Source: Vicugna vicugna (taxonomy: Eukaryota). From it: DNA of 23,215 bases. Position numbers and translations under genes: made by a program. The notes beneath the pieces are model-generated. The model made no database searches, was not told where the DNA came from, and saw only the letters and a program-made list of their open reading frames with translations. Where the stretch lies: assembly GCA_013265495.1 (NCBI GenBank), contig MU057991.1:248001-271215 (forward strand), given 5' to 3'. Below are positions 1 through 13,208 of the stretch, piece after piece (position 1 is the stretch's first letter; the number at the start of each line of letters is the position of its first letter).

Positions 1-773
1 CGTCCGGACTCGGTCACCGTCCGCACTTGACATTCAGCCTCACCCGTGTTCACTCGGCAGCCCTGTAAGCTGGGAAGCAGGCTCAGCTTAGGGAAATGTA
101 GGGAGTTTCCTTTAGGAACCTCGGGGTTTGGGGGCGCCACACCCTGCTGCTTTCGTTGTGGTACGTGCTCGGCCATCACAGGTGCTCCCGGGGGGCGCTC
201 GGTGCCCTCCCGGGGGAGGCTCTGTCTCTCGGTCGTGCCAGTGCATTTGGTGGCACAATGGCCCAAGTCTGGACTAAACACTCTGGAGGAACAGCTGTCA
301 CCTGGAAACCCTCACAATTCGGGGGGCCCGTCTTTATCTTCTATCCGCAGGATGTCAAGCCAGTTTAAGCCAGAGAGCTTTGTGACTTTAGACCGATCGT
401 GTCACCTCTCTGGATCCCCGCTTCCTCAACCCAAAGCAAGGAAGTTAAAACTGAAGATCTCTGCGCTCCCAAGTGCAGAGAGACTCAATATTTACACGAA
501 CTTGGCCCCATAAGCTCCCTGTGCTGCCTTCTTGGGCGAATGCCTGTCACACGTGTCATGGCAGCTTCGAGCCCATGGAACTGGCGATCCGATGACCCTG
601 TGGCATCACAGTCCAGCCACACGCTCTTGTGTGGATGACAGTTTTTACTTGCTGCACTGTGGGAGACCGCACCTAAATCCACCCGCCCTTGAAGGTTTAA
701 GCTAAAGCAGAAGTGCTGATTCTGTAAACCTCACGTGGTTCCTCATTGTTAGGCATTTGAAAACACTCGGTCT

Positions 774-819
774 CTTGGGTAACAGATTCCAAAATGCTCG
801 GGTAACAGATTCCAAAATG
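774..819. repeat. 23-bp tandem duplication
   Basis: cttgggtaacagattccaaaatg (774-796) followed by ctcgggtaacagattccaaaatg (797-819); 22/23 identical. Confidence 0.9.
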
Positions 820-916
820 TGGGGGTGCTTTTTCCACTGAGCAGCTCAGCGGGAGAATATTTTGGTGTCGTGGTGCATGAAGGATTTTTTTTTCTTTTTA
901 AAGGCCCTGTTCTCAA

Positions 917-1062
917 ATATTTTTATTTTGTTTTATTTGGGGGGAGGTAAGTAGGTTTATTTAATTTCTTTTTCAGTGGAAGTGCTGGGGATTGAACCCG
1001 GGACCTGGTGCACGCCAAGGGTCCCACACGCTCCACCACTTGAGCTATCTATTCCCCCCCCC
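917..1062 (-). mobile_element. tRNA-derived SINE, camelid Vic-1-like
   Basis: Minus strand has an A box (TAGCTCAAGTGG), a B box (GGTTCAATCCC), then AAATAAACCTACTTACCTCCCCCC and an A-rich tail. Similar to the copy at 8351-8477. Family name is from recall. Confidence 0.85.
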
Positions 1063-1120
1063 AACCCCGTCCCAGAGGACTTTGATTTCAATTGCTTGTC
1101 GCCAGCGTGGGCAAAGGTCA

Positions 1121-1441
<321 letters not shown>

Positions 1442-1504
1442 TCATGGCGCCTCGTCTTAGTCATCAGTGTTGACACGCTCTTTCTAATGCTGAAAAGCCA
1501 ACGT

Positions 1505-1638
1505 TTCCGTGGCCTTGGGCACTGTGCTCAACGGCTGAACACCTCAGTTTACCTCTCTGTAAAGTGGGATAATGACAGCGTCTGTATCTCAGAGGCTGGC
1601 TGTGAGCCTCAAACAAGACCACACAACTGAAACGCTCA
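1505..1638 (+). mobile_element. MIR SINE relic (5' part, interrupted by the LTR)
   Basis: cctcagtttacctctctgtaaagtgggataatgacag matches the MIR core (ctcagtttcctcatctgtaaaatggggataat). Ends approximate. Confidence 0.7.
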
Positions 1639-2058
1639 CGAAGGGGCAAAACCCACAAAGGGACCAGCAAGACCTCCCAGGCAGGGCCACTGCCTTCCTG
1701 CTTTTGTGCTTCTGTACAATGGCTTGCTTCTGGGAAAATGAAACTTACCCCTAAAATTCCATTGATTCCCAAAAGGTCACCCCTGATTGGTCCATTTCTA
1801 ACACCTCATTTGCATCTACCCCTAAAATTCCGCTGGTTCCCAAAAGCCCACTCCTGATTGGTCCATTTCTAACATCTCATTTGCATATGGCACGAACTTA
1901 ATCAAAACCTAAAACCCTATAAAGGCCCGTGTAAACCCGCAGACGGGGTCCAGAGCTTGGAGTGTTAACTCCTCTGGGCCCGCCGGCGTGATAAACCTGA
2001 GTTCTCCAACCCTCCGAGTGTCGCTTGGTCTTGGGACAGGATTCAAGTTGCTGTCACA
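1639..2058 (+). mobile_element. Solo ERV1-class LTR (copy A)
   Basis: Ends (c/t)gaagggg...tgtcaca. Perfect 4-bp target-site duplication (TSD) ctca at 1635-1638 and 2059-2062. TATAAA at 1918-1923; degenerate polyA signal GATAAA near 1990. The 5' end recurs at 23157 and the R/U5 part recurs at about 8090-8232. Confidence 0.9.
1746..1886 (+). repeat. 71-bp direct repeat in LTR U3, each unit with an inverted CCAAT and an octamer
   Basis: Units start tacccctaaaattcc at 1746 and 1817. CTGATTGG at 1783 and 1854; ATTTGCAT at 1808-1815 and 1879-1886. Confidence 0.9.
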
Positions 2059-3165
2059 CTCAGACAAGGCCAGATAAACGGCAAGTGGCCAGAAAACGGT
2101 AAACTTCAATAGTAACAGCCCAGACACCACCACCACTCTGGTGACACACGGATCCTGGTCTGTGGAGCAGGAGTTACACACTCAGACATCTGCTCCAAAT
2201 GACCTACTAGCTATGTTAGAAACTGGGTTTTTAAAGGATAATAATTTTTTAATAACTGGAGATTAAAAAAAACCGTGTTCCTTGTAATAAATGTAAAATC
2301 CCCACACTTTTAATTTCAAAACCAATCGTCATGATTAAAAAAAATCAAAGCGGCAGTAATTTGAGAACTGGTGTTTTTTCAGACTGTCCTGAAGTTCTGA
2401 GGGTCCTTCCATCTCCACGCCTCCCTCGATCGAATTCTCTGGTCCAGAAACACATATGTCACGGGGAGTGTGTCCCCATGTGGACAGCAAAGGTGCCCTG
2501 GGTGCCACTAGCAATGACCACAGAGGGCCAGAGCCGGGTCCCCAGACTGCGCAGGGAGGGGTCAGATGCAGGAACCCGGGGGCTCCCCGAACTCCAATTG
2601 GTTTAGCGACCCAGTTTCTTTAGCGCTGGCCTCTTAATATTTATCATCACAGATCTGCATGGGTTTTCCAGAGGCCATCGCAAAACCGGGTGACCCGAAT
2701 TAATATGCAGAGTGCAAGGTCAGAAAATGAAGAAAAGCAGTGGTCCGGGGCAGGAAAATTAATTCTTCTGTCCTTCCCACCACACAGTCAATACGGACTT
2801 GAAAGAATGAAAATCTCATTTCCCGACCTATGCAAGTCAATGAATTCTCATCGAGCTAGGTTTAAACATTCCATTTAAGGATGCATAATGACTTCCTGCA
2901 GGAAGGCAAGCTTTTCAGGTTTCAGAACAAAAGGTGGAAAAAGGCCGTGTGTGTACCTGGCTGTGGGTTGTGAGCGGGACTGAGGTGATGTGAAATTCTC
3001 TCTTTTCAGCTCTTAAGTGGGACACAGGGATCCCCTCATTGTCTAAAATATTTTGCCTTGAGTGGAAACCAGGGAGTGGAGTAACAGGATATGTTTTTTC
3101 AACTAAAAATTCAGCTTCACATTGTCAACAATTCCAGAGTGCTGCCAGGGAGAGCAGATTATAAC

Positions 3166-3692
3166 TGTTACCGAGTCCAAGCTGGTTCTGCTCGCCCCAC
3201 GACAGGCCAGTAAATCGGGAGACGAGGTGCTGGGGCAAGGAAGAGCGACTGTTTTTGGAAAGCCGGCAGACCGAGAGGACGGCAGACTGAGGTCTTAGAG
3301 AACCATCCTGCTCCAGTCAGAATGCAGGCTCCTTTTATATAAAAAAAGCCAGGGGTGGGGGTGTGGTTGGTTGTTGCAAATTTCTTGCTGCAGGAATCCT
3401 TTGTTCTTGCAGCTGTCCATGTGGGTCAGGTCAGGGTGCCCCCTGCAAACCTCCCACAAAACAAAGGTTACTTTCTATTCTGCAACTTGTTATCTTTATA
3501 TAAGTGCAGAAAAGCTGACATCCTTACAGGTCAGAGCCCGGAGAACAGGCTCTCCTGTCTATTTCAGGCTGAAGGCAACGCTGTTTCACAAAAGGTGCAG
3601 AGCCAGCAAGACTGAGCCTAGAAAACAGGGCACAGGGTTCAAGCCAAAAGAGCAGATCTAGTACAGAGTCAGACTGGTTCTCCTCTATTACG
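3166..3692 (-). mobile_element. Solo ERV1-class LTR, different family, sense to EGFR
   Basis: Ends tgttaccg...tattac(g), with near-TSD taac (3162-3165) / aaac (3693-3696). Minus-strand TATATAAAAGG near 3331-3341. Resembles a cetartiodactyl LTR family as recalled. Confidence 0.75.
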
Positions 3693-3889
3693 AAACCACT
3701 GATGACACAATTTCCACTGAGATGAAAAACACACATGCTCCTGGTGATGCTGACTTTCTGACACCGGCGGTAATCATTCGAAGGGGTTTAAGTCGCTGAG
3801 TCTGACAGTTCCATTTACTCCGCAAACATGGACGAAGCATGGACGGCGAGTGGGCACCCGGGACAAGGCAGGGGGACGCAGCCAGGCGG

Positions 3890-4040
3890 TGGGGGTGTGG
3901 GGAGGCCAGACCATCCCTGGTCCTCCTGATCCCGGTGAGGAGTTCGGGTTTCAGGTGGAACACATGTGGAAAAGCGAAGAAGGTGTTAAGCAGAGAAGTG
4001 ACAGTCTGATCTAGTTTGAAAATGGAGAGCAGATCAGAGT
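3890..4040 (-). mobile_element. L2 LINE relic
   Basis: Minus strand tgtcacttctctgcttaacacc...cccgaactcctcacc...gatggtctggcctc resembles the L2 3' region. Highly diverged; ends approximate. Confidence 0.45.
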
Positions 4041-4304
4041 GTGTAGAACAAGCCGAGAGAACGCCCAAGAGGGGTCCCTGCTTGGTGTCACCGAGGGAGG
4101 GGGTGGCTTGGGCTGCTGCGGTGACTGACGATGGAGATGGCTCGGGGCAGGACCTCCAGTGGGAAAAGTGGCATTTCTTTCCCTCCCTCGGGGGGAGGAG
4201 ACAGATCTTGCAAATGACTGAAAATAAGGAGGCACTGGAGTAACTTTATGTCCTGATCTGCGTGGTTAACTGCAGGCAGCTCAGCTCACTCCCACGTATA
4301 TATA

Positions 4305-4440
4305 CAAATTCATTTACTCATTCACTGAAGTCTGCGTCTTTGTAAAGCTTACATTCTAGCAGAAGAGGTAGACAAAGATCCACGAAATTTTTTAAAATGC
4401 ATATGGGAAGTGAATAATGCTTTGGGGAAAAAAAGCGCTA
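4305..4440 (-). mobile_element. L2 LINE 3' relic
   Basis: attcatttactcattca, agcttacattctagcagaagaggtagaca and aatgctttggggaaaa are typical reverse-strand L2 motifs. Confidence 0.45.
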
Positions 4441-5294
4441 AACGGACAATACCCTTTGTGACTTTGTCTTTGTGACCTGACCAAATTCCTCCTGGAAATT
4501 CCTTTCAACTGCACGTTTTTATGGGGGTGGGGTGACTCCTTGCTTCTCCTCCATTGACTTAAAAGCTGGGACAGGCTGTTAATCCACAGATTAACGCGGA
4601 TCAGGTGTTTGGCAAGCTTTCTGCAGATTTGGGGTGACATGGGGGGACCGATGGTGGCGAAACAGCGGGCAGCGCCTGGCACGCCGTCAGTGGATGTGCT
4701 GGGGCAGTTTTCTTAAAGGCGAGCCCCCTTCACGTCGGAGGCCAGAACGTGAAAGGCGTGTTTGAGGAGAGAGCCCTTCAGGGGCCGGAGCACGGGGCTG
4801 GGGCGGGGATGTGGAGGGACAAAGAGAATCAGGTCCCCGTGAGCTGGCCCTCTCCTCTATTTTCCCGCAGACGCCGCCTCACAGCGCATCCCTGCCAAGC
4901 CCTCTCTGACACACAGGCTGCACACACCACACGAACCAACAGCCACCGGGTTATCAGTCACCCATAAAGCCACACTTCTCGCTTGTCATCTGCCTTTCGT
5001 TCACTTCACACTCAAGCCAAGAGGTCACGATGGGTTTGATGTCGCGGGTCCAGGCAGTGCCTCAGTGCAAGCTCCATCGCTCCCATCGCCCTCTCTCCTA
5101 ACAAGCTCACTGACACCTCCAGTGACATTCGGCGCGGCAGTCAGCCCCAGTTTCCTCTCTCCCGTTTTCTAGGGGAACAGACAAGGCAGTGGTGACGGTG
5201 CCAATGATGGTCACTGCCCGCGGTGACGGAGCGGGTCCTGTAAAACCGGCCACAGCACGAGCCAGCGGAGCCTCGGCCCCATCCACCGGCCTCA

Positions 5295-5423
<129 letters not shown>

Positions 5424-5479
5424 TTAGCTTCTCTCTGTTGAAGAGACAATACATCACACTGGGGCAAATTACCAGCGGC

Positions 5480-6250
<771 letters not shown>

Positions 6251-6769
6251 GTCCCTTGACGGACACAGCAAGTTGCACCTTGAGACGACAGTGACTCTGC
6301 TCCACGGATGAAAAGGTGGAGTCATGAAGCATCACTAGCTCCCGACTTACTAGCTTGTCTCCGTCCAGTTACTCAGGTTTCAAACTCAGATGAAGCCAGT
6401 GGAAGAGGCCGGGCTGAGACCTGGCTCTGGACCACGTGCCACCTGCCCGGCCTCGCCTTCCCTGCAACCAGCGCCTCCGGGGTGCCGCCCTCCGCGGCCT
6501 CAGGGCTGGGAGCCCCCTCTCCCACACCTCCCTGGACTATCTCATTGGATTCAGTACCAGGAAAAGTTCTGTCCTGTTTTATTCTTTCTGTCTCTTTTTA
6601 TTTGAAGTCATGTGGATATTGAATTTGCTTTACAAAGTGCCACTCCCCACCCCTCCCCGGCTGCCTCCTCGATTCTGCTGTAGTTAGAATCAAGGCTGCA
6701 AGAGGAAGAGAGAATATTGGAGAAGCAGCCAGCACAGTGCCCACGACACGTCGTGAATTCTCCGACGTG

Positions 6770-7078
6770 CAGTTGTCCCTTGGTACCCGTGAGGTCAGTT
6801 CCCGGGCCCCCTCCCCTTCCCACCCAAAGCTGCAGAAACTCAAGTCCCTTATATAAAATAGCACGGAATTTGTAGAAACCTGCACACGCCCTCCTGCATA
6901 TTTAAAATCGTCTCTAGATGACTTGTGACACCTAACACGACGTGCATGGCTGTCAACATCATGTGAACGCTACGTAAACAGTTGCCCGTGCCCAGCTTTG
7001 TTTTTTGGAGCTTTCTGGATTTTTTTTGCCCCCAAAATATGTTTGACTCATGATTGGTTGATTCTGCAAGGCTGACCG
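6770..7078 (+). mobile_element. MER2/MER2B (TcMar-Tigger non-autonomous DNA transposon)
   Basis: Starts cagttgtcccttggtacc, contains ctcaagtcccttatataaaat and tctctagatgactt, ends ggttgattctgc...ggctgaccg (degenerate terminal inverted repeat). Confidence 0.85.
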
Positions 7079-7744
7079 CGTGACCCCTCAACTCCAGTCC
7101 TTCTCCACAGCCTTCTTGGCATCTTTTGTCACCTGCCCCTCCTCCCCGGACAGGCAGGGGTGACCTCCCACCCCGACCCCTGGCTTGATGCCTGTTCCCA
7201 GTGAGCCAAGCTCCCTGGGGTCCTCTGGGAGCCCTAACCTGCCGGCCTGAGCGTGGCAGCCCTCCCCTGTGGGCAGGGCCAGACCCGCGGGCAGGAGGAG
7301 AGGAGGGTCCAGTTCTGCACACGCCCTGTGTCGTCGGTACCACATTCTCTGCACCTGCTCACAACGGCCGCTTCCTCGCTCCGGCCAGGAGGGTGGGCCC
7401 CCTTTCCAGGACACTCCCGAACTCGCCAGCAGAGCAAGAATCACAGAAATGCTCACTGAAGTGCACGGAACGGGAACGGACCGGTTCAAACAGCTCTGCC
7501 TTCCTCTGCAGCTCCATTTTAGCACAAACACAGGGAGCACGTGCAGATAAGAACAGATCCCACGTTTTCTGGCAAGTTCTTTGCTTCCTTTTGCATAGAT
7601 ACTTAGGTAAAAGGTATTAATGAACTTGTCGTATTGTAGGGAACTTGACAAATTTTCTTTCTAGAGCCCCAAACTAGCCATCACTGGGAAACAGGATCTT
7701 ATAAAGGAACTACCAGGAATTAGCCAATTTTTGAGGCCTTGAAT

Positions 7745-8246
7745 TGAGGCGGGAAGCCCCATAAAAAGACCAGCAGGACCCCCAGCAGGGCCACTGCTCT
7801 CCCGCCGGCACCACCCGGCTCCCTGGCCCAGAGGCTCTGTCTCACTTTTTGCCTCTGAAACGGCTTACTTACCCCTAAAGTTCTATTGGTTCCCTGAGCT
7901 CACTTCTGATTGGTCCACTTCCCTAACTTCTGATTGGTCCATTTGTAGTACTTCATTTGCATGGAGCTCACTCCTGATTGGTTATTTCTCTCCCTCCTGA
8001 TTGGTCCATTTCTACAAAGCTTGTTCCTCATTAGTCAACTTTCATTAGACCTTATTTGCATATGATGTTGCAAAGTGTAAAACTGGCAGCCTGTAAAGGC
8101 CTGTGTAAACCTACAAACGGGGTCCAGAGCTTGGAGTGTTAACTCCTCTGGGCCCGCTGGGGTAATAAACCTGAGTTCTCCAACCCTCCGAGTGCTGCTT
8201 GGTCTCTCGCCTGGATCCAGGTTGTTGTCACAACTGAGCTGTAACA
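7745..8246 (+). mobile_element. Solo ERV1-class LTR (copy B, related subfamily of copy A)
   Basis: About 8090-8232 is near-identical to copy A (ggggtccagagcttggagtgttaactcctctgggcccg...taaacctgagttctccaaccctccgagtg). AATAAA at 8164-8169; four CTGATTGG; two ATTTGCAT. No clear TSD, so ends are approximate. Confidence 0.85.
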
Positions 8247-8350
8247 CGTTTTTCTGCAACATTTCGTTTTTCTTTTCTTGGGGAAAAAATGAAAATGCCC
8301 CCCTTGTATTATCTAGAAAGCTCTTGAAGCTTAAGATGTCGTTTGATTTA

Positions 8351-8477
8351 TGTTTTTTTCTTGGGAGGGGGCCGGATTAGGTCTATTTGTTTATTTTTGA
8401 TGGAGGGGCTGGGGATGGAACCCAGGACCTGACACATGCTGAGCACAGGCTCCACCACTGAGCGATACCCGCGCCCC
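8351..8477 (-). mobile_element. tRNA-derived SINE, camelid Vic-1-like
   Basis: Minus-strand A box TCGCTCAGTGG, B box GGTTCCATCCC, A tail. 14-bp TSD tgtcgtttgattta (8337-8350) / tgttgtttgactta (8478-8491). Confidence 0.88.
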
Positions 8478-9664
8478 TGTTGTTTGACTTAAATGTTTCC
8501 TTTCCTGAACTGTCTCAGGTGCCGGGACATAAGTCTGAGGGGCTCCTGTCCACTCCGGAGGGAGCTAGCAGGTGTCCCCCTGGAATATCACTTCCAAATT
8601 AGGAACTGTTATTTAGGGACGGAGTGTGGGGAGGGGGAGGGAAGCCGTGCTGAGGAGACACTTCCCAGCAAGGCAGGACCTCCTACCGCCTTGTCACCTC
8701 TAACAGATGGCACCGTGCACCCCTGCCCCACTTCCCCCCACTGCTCAGGTCTTAAAAGGACCAGAGCGACTGCAATAAATCGGGATGTTTTCTCAGAACA
8801 GCAGTCATCAGGGGAGGCTGGGAAAGGGGAGCTAAGTGCACTTCCCATATTCCGGAGCACACAGCTAATCCGCAGAGGGGCTTCCATCAGAGGCAACTCG
8901 GGGGCGAGATTCGACTCCTCTGAACTTTGATAAAACTTCCTTCACTGGGCTCTGCCCCGCATTACAGAGGCAGCTTGAAAGGCCAGCTCTGGGCCCAGCA
9001 GGGTTATATTTTAACCAGGCACCAAAGATAAGGGCCCTGACGTGGCTCACGAGCTCTCGGAATCCAAACAGACACCCACAGGAAGGAATACCCGTGTGAG
9101 CCTCGCGGGACCTCTGGGAAACTCATTTCCCCGAATCTGCTCGGAGAGCCTCGCTTTGATTTAGCGGAACGGATTTGTTTTGTTGGTTAGGATCTGAGAG
9201 CCGGGGTGGGTGTCACAACACTTAGATTAAAAAGGGATTTGATGAGCCACTCTGGGTCCTGGGCGCGCGCTGGGCTCGGAAGACTTTCCTGGAACAGCAT
9301 CCTCGGAAGAAGAAAGGCCTGGGGTGGGCCTGCCACGTGCGGACTGTCTTCCCAGGCGACGCTGGGGCAGAGCCCGGACGGAGGGGCAGGAGTGAGCCGC
9401 ACTTCTGGTCTAGTTTTCAGCCACCAAGTGCAGAAGCCAGAGGAGCGCTGACTTGGTGATGAAGATGCAAAGGCAGAAAGTAGGGGAGGAGGGTAGGCAG
9501 GGGGCTGGGGAGACTGCAGGAAAGCCTGGCCTCCCCCCCACCGAACGCCTGCCCTCAGAAGAGGCAGGAACGAGTGAGACCGCCCTGTCCCGCCCAGAGG
9601 CCACGGGGCACCAGCACGGCTGGGCTCTCGGGCCTGCGGGTCCTCCTCTGACCCAGGTCAAGTG

Positions 9665-9795
9665 CGGGCAGAGAGCACAGGCCTGGGAGCAGGGATGCCC
9701 GGACTCAGATCGCGATTTTGCTCCCTGCTAGCCTGAGACCGTGGCAAGTTTCCGAAACACCCCAGGCCTCACCTTCCCCTTCTGTCTCACGGTTA
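9665..9795 (+). mobile_element. MIR relic
   Basis: ctgctagcctgagaccgtggcaagtttccgaaacaccccaggcctcaccttccccttctgt resembles MIR actagctgtgtgaccttgggcaagttacttaacctctctgtgcctcagtttcctcatctgt. Confidence 0.5.
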
Positions 9796-11069
9796 GGAGT
9801 CCTGATCTGGACCACAGAGAAGCCGGGGGTGGGGGAGCAGCCCTGGGGCTGAGGGCCAGGCTCCTGGGCCCGGATGGGAGGTTGTGCACTTGAAGCTGCA
9901 CAGAGCGGTCAGGGCCTCCTTCCCGATGGCCGAGCGAGGCTGACCGATGATGACGGCCCCTCCTCCAGCATAAACTTCATTCTCTCCCACCCCTGCTCGT
10001 CCATTGAGACCACGTTGCAATTTGCCAACATGGGCTCCATGACATGGCACCTCGAACCAGCCCCAAGTGGCCGGGATGTCCTGTAACATCACGGGGTGTG
10101 GCCACGCCCTCCCCTCCCTGGGATGTGTGTGCCCTCAGCTGCTCACGTGCCCCGAGAGCCCGAACAACTGTGAGCAGTGCAAACACCTGGGGCTTTGCCA
10201 AATGAATCTGGACCAAACCCAGTAGTCCGTGTATTTGAAAAACGGATCTCTTGAACCGAATGGCTTTTGAAGTCCATCCTTATTAAATTGTATGTTATAG
10301 ACTGAACTGTGGGTTGTTCCTCAGGGCCTCTCTCGCCCCGTCCTGGCCACCTTCACATCTCACCAAGGATCTCACATCATCCTCTGAACGCTCACTTCAG
10401 ATGAAGGTAAACCCAGAGTCCCACAGGCAGAGCAGTGGGTTTAAACAGCAGATTGAAATTGTGAGTCATATTATACACAGAACTATTCGAGAAAACTTTC
10501 AAGCCTGGGAAATGCAGCTCAGGCACTTTGGAAAACTCACACCTGACCAGGACCCCGGGCAGAGCTGAATTCGTCCTGCGGCGGGCATTGCCAGATCCGG
10601 GTTTTCGTTTTTAGCTCACATTGTGGAAGACTGATTTTTGAGGGTCACAGGAAGTTCCAATTATGCAGAGACTTGTGGTCAGGCACACATGGGGGAAAAA
10701 CCGAGGAGTGAGCATCGGGTGTGCACCGGGGCCCGAGGCAGGTGCTTCCCAAGGTCCTGAGTGGGGTCTGGGGGACATACGGCAGAGCCCCACCTTCAGC
10801 CACGAAGACGAGGGGCAGAGAGACCACCTGACAAAAGCCAGAAGTGAGATCTGAATCCACGAAACCATCCACCCAGTTCTGTATTGGGCACAACTTGGCA
10901 TGGCTTTGTGTCCCTCACATGGAAAGCCACTTTCGGTGACCCTTCTGCCTCAGATAATCAGGGGAGAGACTCAGGGAGAACTTCTGGGCTCAGAGGAGAC
11001 CTCCAGGAATGATTCCACGTTCAGGGAAGCCTACACGGGGCGAACCACCTCCCCGCCGACATCAGCTAC

Positions 11070-11467
11070 TGTACGGAGTGGCACAGAGTCCCCCCCAATT
11101 TTCACGTCTCTCCAGAACCCCAGAACGTGACCTTATTCAGACATAGGGTTTAGATCTAATTAGTTAAAGATCTTGAGATGAAATTATCCTGGATGTAGGG
11201 GGTGGCTAGTGTCTTTCAAGAGAGAAGGTGATGAGGACTCAGACACGGGCAAGGAGGCCACGTGAAGATGGAGGCAGAGATGGGAGAGGTGCAGCCACAA
11301 GCCAGGGAACGCCTGGACCACCAGGAATGGAAAGGGAGGCAGGAGTCTCCCCTGGAGTCTTCGGGGGGCAATGGCCCTTCTGACACCCTGACTTCTGACT
11401 CCTGACCTGTTGTGGGAGCCACCAGGCTTGTGGCAAATTTTGGTGGCAGCCCCAGGAAACCGAGACA
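11070..11467 (+). mobile_element. MLT1 (ERVL-MaLR) solo LTR
   Basis: TG...CA ends. Contains cagaacgtgaccttatt, gccacgtgaagatggaggcagagatggga, cagccacaagccaggga and gcagccccaggaaac, all typical of MLT1B-D. Confidence 0.88.
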
Positions 11468-12558
11468 ATCATGCAGAGAAATAGCATCTTCATGTCACTG
11501 CGGCGTCTGGGGCATGTGGGCTTCACCAGGACCAGCATTTCACAACGGCATGTAACCGCTCGGTTCTGTGACCAGGTGACAGGCGGGGATCTGAGAAGGC
11601 ACATCTCCAGTCCCTGGGCGCTGGGAGAAATGGACCCCGGCCGGCACCAGAGCAGCGCTGGGCTGTGTGTTATCCTGGGAGGCAGCCTCCCGCCTGGCCA
11701 GCCTGGCAGAGAGCCTCAGTTCCGGGAGGGACCCTGCCTCACCCAGAGGAGCCCATCCTGGGGTGTCCTGGGCGGCCCCGGGCGAAGAGACACCCAAAAG
11801 ATGTGTCTGTTTGTCTTATGAGTCACCCGCCACTTCTGCACTACCGACCTGGGGTGAGGGGCACGACCAGTGGCCCCTGCCTACCTGGCGCCCACACGCC
11901 CCTCAGTATCCCCTACCAGCCCCGGTGCCCGAGGGAGCTGACAGGGGTGCCCACAGATGCCTTACATTCACCTGAGTGAAATATACACGCTGCCAGAAGG
12001 AAACAGAATTTAGCAAGTTGGGTTGCAAATAATGGATGCAGCGCTGGGGTCCAGAGGGAGAGGTCTGAGACGAAGAATGACCGTATGAGCAGCTAAATAC
12101 CCGGCTCATTGCTATGGTCCTGTCCTCAGCTCACAGGTGGGGCCATGTCTGCACCCTCAGGCCCCCCCCTCGCCCTGCATCTGGCTGTCACAGGGGGATG
12201 TATAAGGAGCCCCGGAGAAGCATCCATCCACCCCGGGCCGCAGCGCATCAGGCCTCAGAGCCAGCACCTGCCTGTCCACCCTGCCACTCTGTCACCCGAC
12301 AGCCTCAGCCCGGTGTGCTGGCCAAGTCCCAACAGGACGAGAGCCACATTCCCATCCTTTGCCACACATCACCATGGAAAGAAAACCAGGGGAATGAGAA
12401 TGCTAAAACCAGACCACACCGAGGGCACGCAACAAAGAAAATCGTGTGACTGTCGCTGAATAATTAGATTTTCAGTGTGCAGTGGGATGGGCGCTGATCT
12501 GATGCAAAAGACAATCAATTCAGTTGGTCCCAAATAAAAGTGTACGCTGTGTCCGCAA

Positions 12559-12580
12559 GCGCGCGCACACACACACACAC
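12559..12580. repeat. (GC)n(AC)n alternating purine-pyrimidine microsatellite
   Basis: gcgcgcgcacacacacacacac, about 150 nt into intron 20. Confidence 0.85.
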
Positions 12581-12674
12581 TTGGCAAACTCCCGGTTACC
12601 CCAGGATGCAGAATGTAAGTGTTGATTTTGCCCCTGGGGTTTTTTCTCTGGGGCCGTCACTAATGATCGCGTCA

Positions 12675-13208
<534 letters not shown>

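Noticed and set aside
975..1055. tRNA-like sequence (also about 8400-8477)
   Set aside because: A and B boxes are present but followed by SINE body and A tail, with a TSD in the second copy; these are SINEs, not tRNA genes.
1746..1886. CRISPR-like direct repeats
   Set aside because: Eukaryotic context, only two contiguous units and no spacers; an LTR U3 enhancer duplication.
1909..2181. ORFs sharing RRVGELRFITPAGPEELTLQALDPVC (also 8035-8262)
   Set aside because: The shared peptide simply reflects the two LTR R/U5 copies read antisense; not a gene family.
7088..7651. 187-aa minus-strand ORF and other long intronic ORFs
   Set aside because: Pro/Gly/Arg-rich low-complexity translations expected in GC-rich DNA, mostly with GTG/TTG starts and no homology I recognise.
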